A stretch of DNA of 6,839 bases from Fonticula alba ATCC 38817 (Eukaryota > Protista > Nucleariida), in NCBI GenBank assembly GCA_000388065.2, contig KB932208.1; one strand, 5' to 3'. The notes below the pieces were generated by a model. It was not told where the DNA came from. It was given only the letters and a program-made list of their open reading frames with translations, and ran no database searches. Both the position numbers and the translations under genes were made by a program. Below, in pieces: positions 6,302 to 6,839 of this stretch; the stretch's first letter is position 1; every line of letters begins with the position of its first letter.

Positions 6302-6839
6302 TTGATACTGGCATTTGGGGGGGGGGCGAGACTGAGGAGAAGGCGGAGAGGGAGGGAGAGAGAAAGAGAGGGGAGGAGGGAGGGAAGAGAAGAGGGGAGT
6401 ATCCTGGGCCGCGAAGATCAGGGCACCAGGGAGGGGCACTGAAAAAGTCGGAACAAGGGGGCCCCGGAAGGGTGGAGAAGGGCGGAAGAGGCAAGATCCA
6501 GGCCGGGAGACCGAAAATTGGCCTCCTGGCCGGACTGGTGCGATCAATCGACCCGCGCTCTTGAGCCGGCACCGAATGCGCACGCTCCCCTGCGGTCGGT
6601 GTGCAGTCCATTCTCCTCCTCTGGGGCTTGGGCCAGTTTTGTTCGCCCCCGGCCTACCGACCGAAAAAGGCGCGCTGGTCACTGGGGAGAGAGGGGGGGG
6701 GGGGGGAAGATCGCCCGCGGCCGTTCTTTACCGCGAAAAAAACACCGGCGCACAGACTCACACATGCGTCTGTGCTCATTCTGCGCGCGTGTCGAGCACA
6801 TAATTGTGTCGAGCGTCCACGCCCCCCCCCCCCCCCCCC
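6302..6839. promoter_or_regulatory. Putative 5' UTR/promoter region of the minus-strand gene
   Basis: Positional inference only: upstream of ATG 6301, low-complexity purine/pyrimidine tracts, no protein-like ORF recognised. Confidence 0.4.

Noticed and set aside
2099-6564. Numerous plus-strand ORFs (e.g. 2353-2958, 3001-3669, 4213-4698, 4521-5024) and alternative-frame minus ORFs
   Set aside because: Antisense or off-frame shadows in GC-rich DNA with Arg/Gly/Pro-biased, non-domain-like translations.
6302-6682. N-terminal extension of exon 1 to 6682 (198-aa ORF)
   Set aside because: The extension is low-complexity Pro/Ser/Arg from C/T tracts, and the ATG at 6301 sits where an F-BAR protein normally starts. 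A 5' UTR intron ending at CCTCAG (6332) cannot be excluded.
6750-6814. 8-bp inverted repeat GCACAGAC/GTCTGTGC (6750-6775) and GTGTCGAGC x2 around CACATAATTGTG
   Set aside because: Too short and isolated to support a terminator, MITE end or ncRNA; expected by chance in GC-rich DNA.
1-6839. Prokaryotic features (operon, CRISPR array, IS element), rRNA or tRNA
   Set aside because: No repeat-spacer array, transposase, cloverleaf or rRNA-like motif seen; consistent GT-AG introns with branch motifs indicate a eukaryotic nuclear locus.

Overview
This is GC-rich eukaryotic genomic DNA with spliceosomal introns; the host cannot be identified from sequence. It has two assembly gaps (N 546-1223 and N 5395-5404) and two convergent intron-containing genes. 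The six-frame ORF track is misleading because real exons are split across several listed ORFs. Main gene (minus strand, ATG 6301): I can assemble a 9-exon model of about 1,100 aa. It has an N-terminal FCH/F-BAR-like region, a long Ser/Pro-rich disordered linker and a C-terminal region with motifs resembling an adaptin mu-homology domain (MHD). That is a muniscin (FCHo/Syp1)-like architecture, recognised by eye without an HMM search. Notable points: the F-BAR seems to lack most of its helix3-helix4 arm; the protein carries candidate FFAT, PP1 RVxF, WxxF and FxDxF motifs; and a probable hidden last exon puts its stop only 42 nt from the convergent gene's stop. Second gene (plus strand): 5' end outside the window, middle hidden by the 678-N gap, unknown family, ends in ...SQRDEL* at 1862. 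Poly-C runs sit on the sense strand of introns in both genes. I see no mobile element, RNA gene or CRISPR array, and no evidence of a new multi-gene system; the interest lies in the unusual endocytic-adaptor-like protein and the intron architecture.
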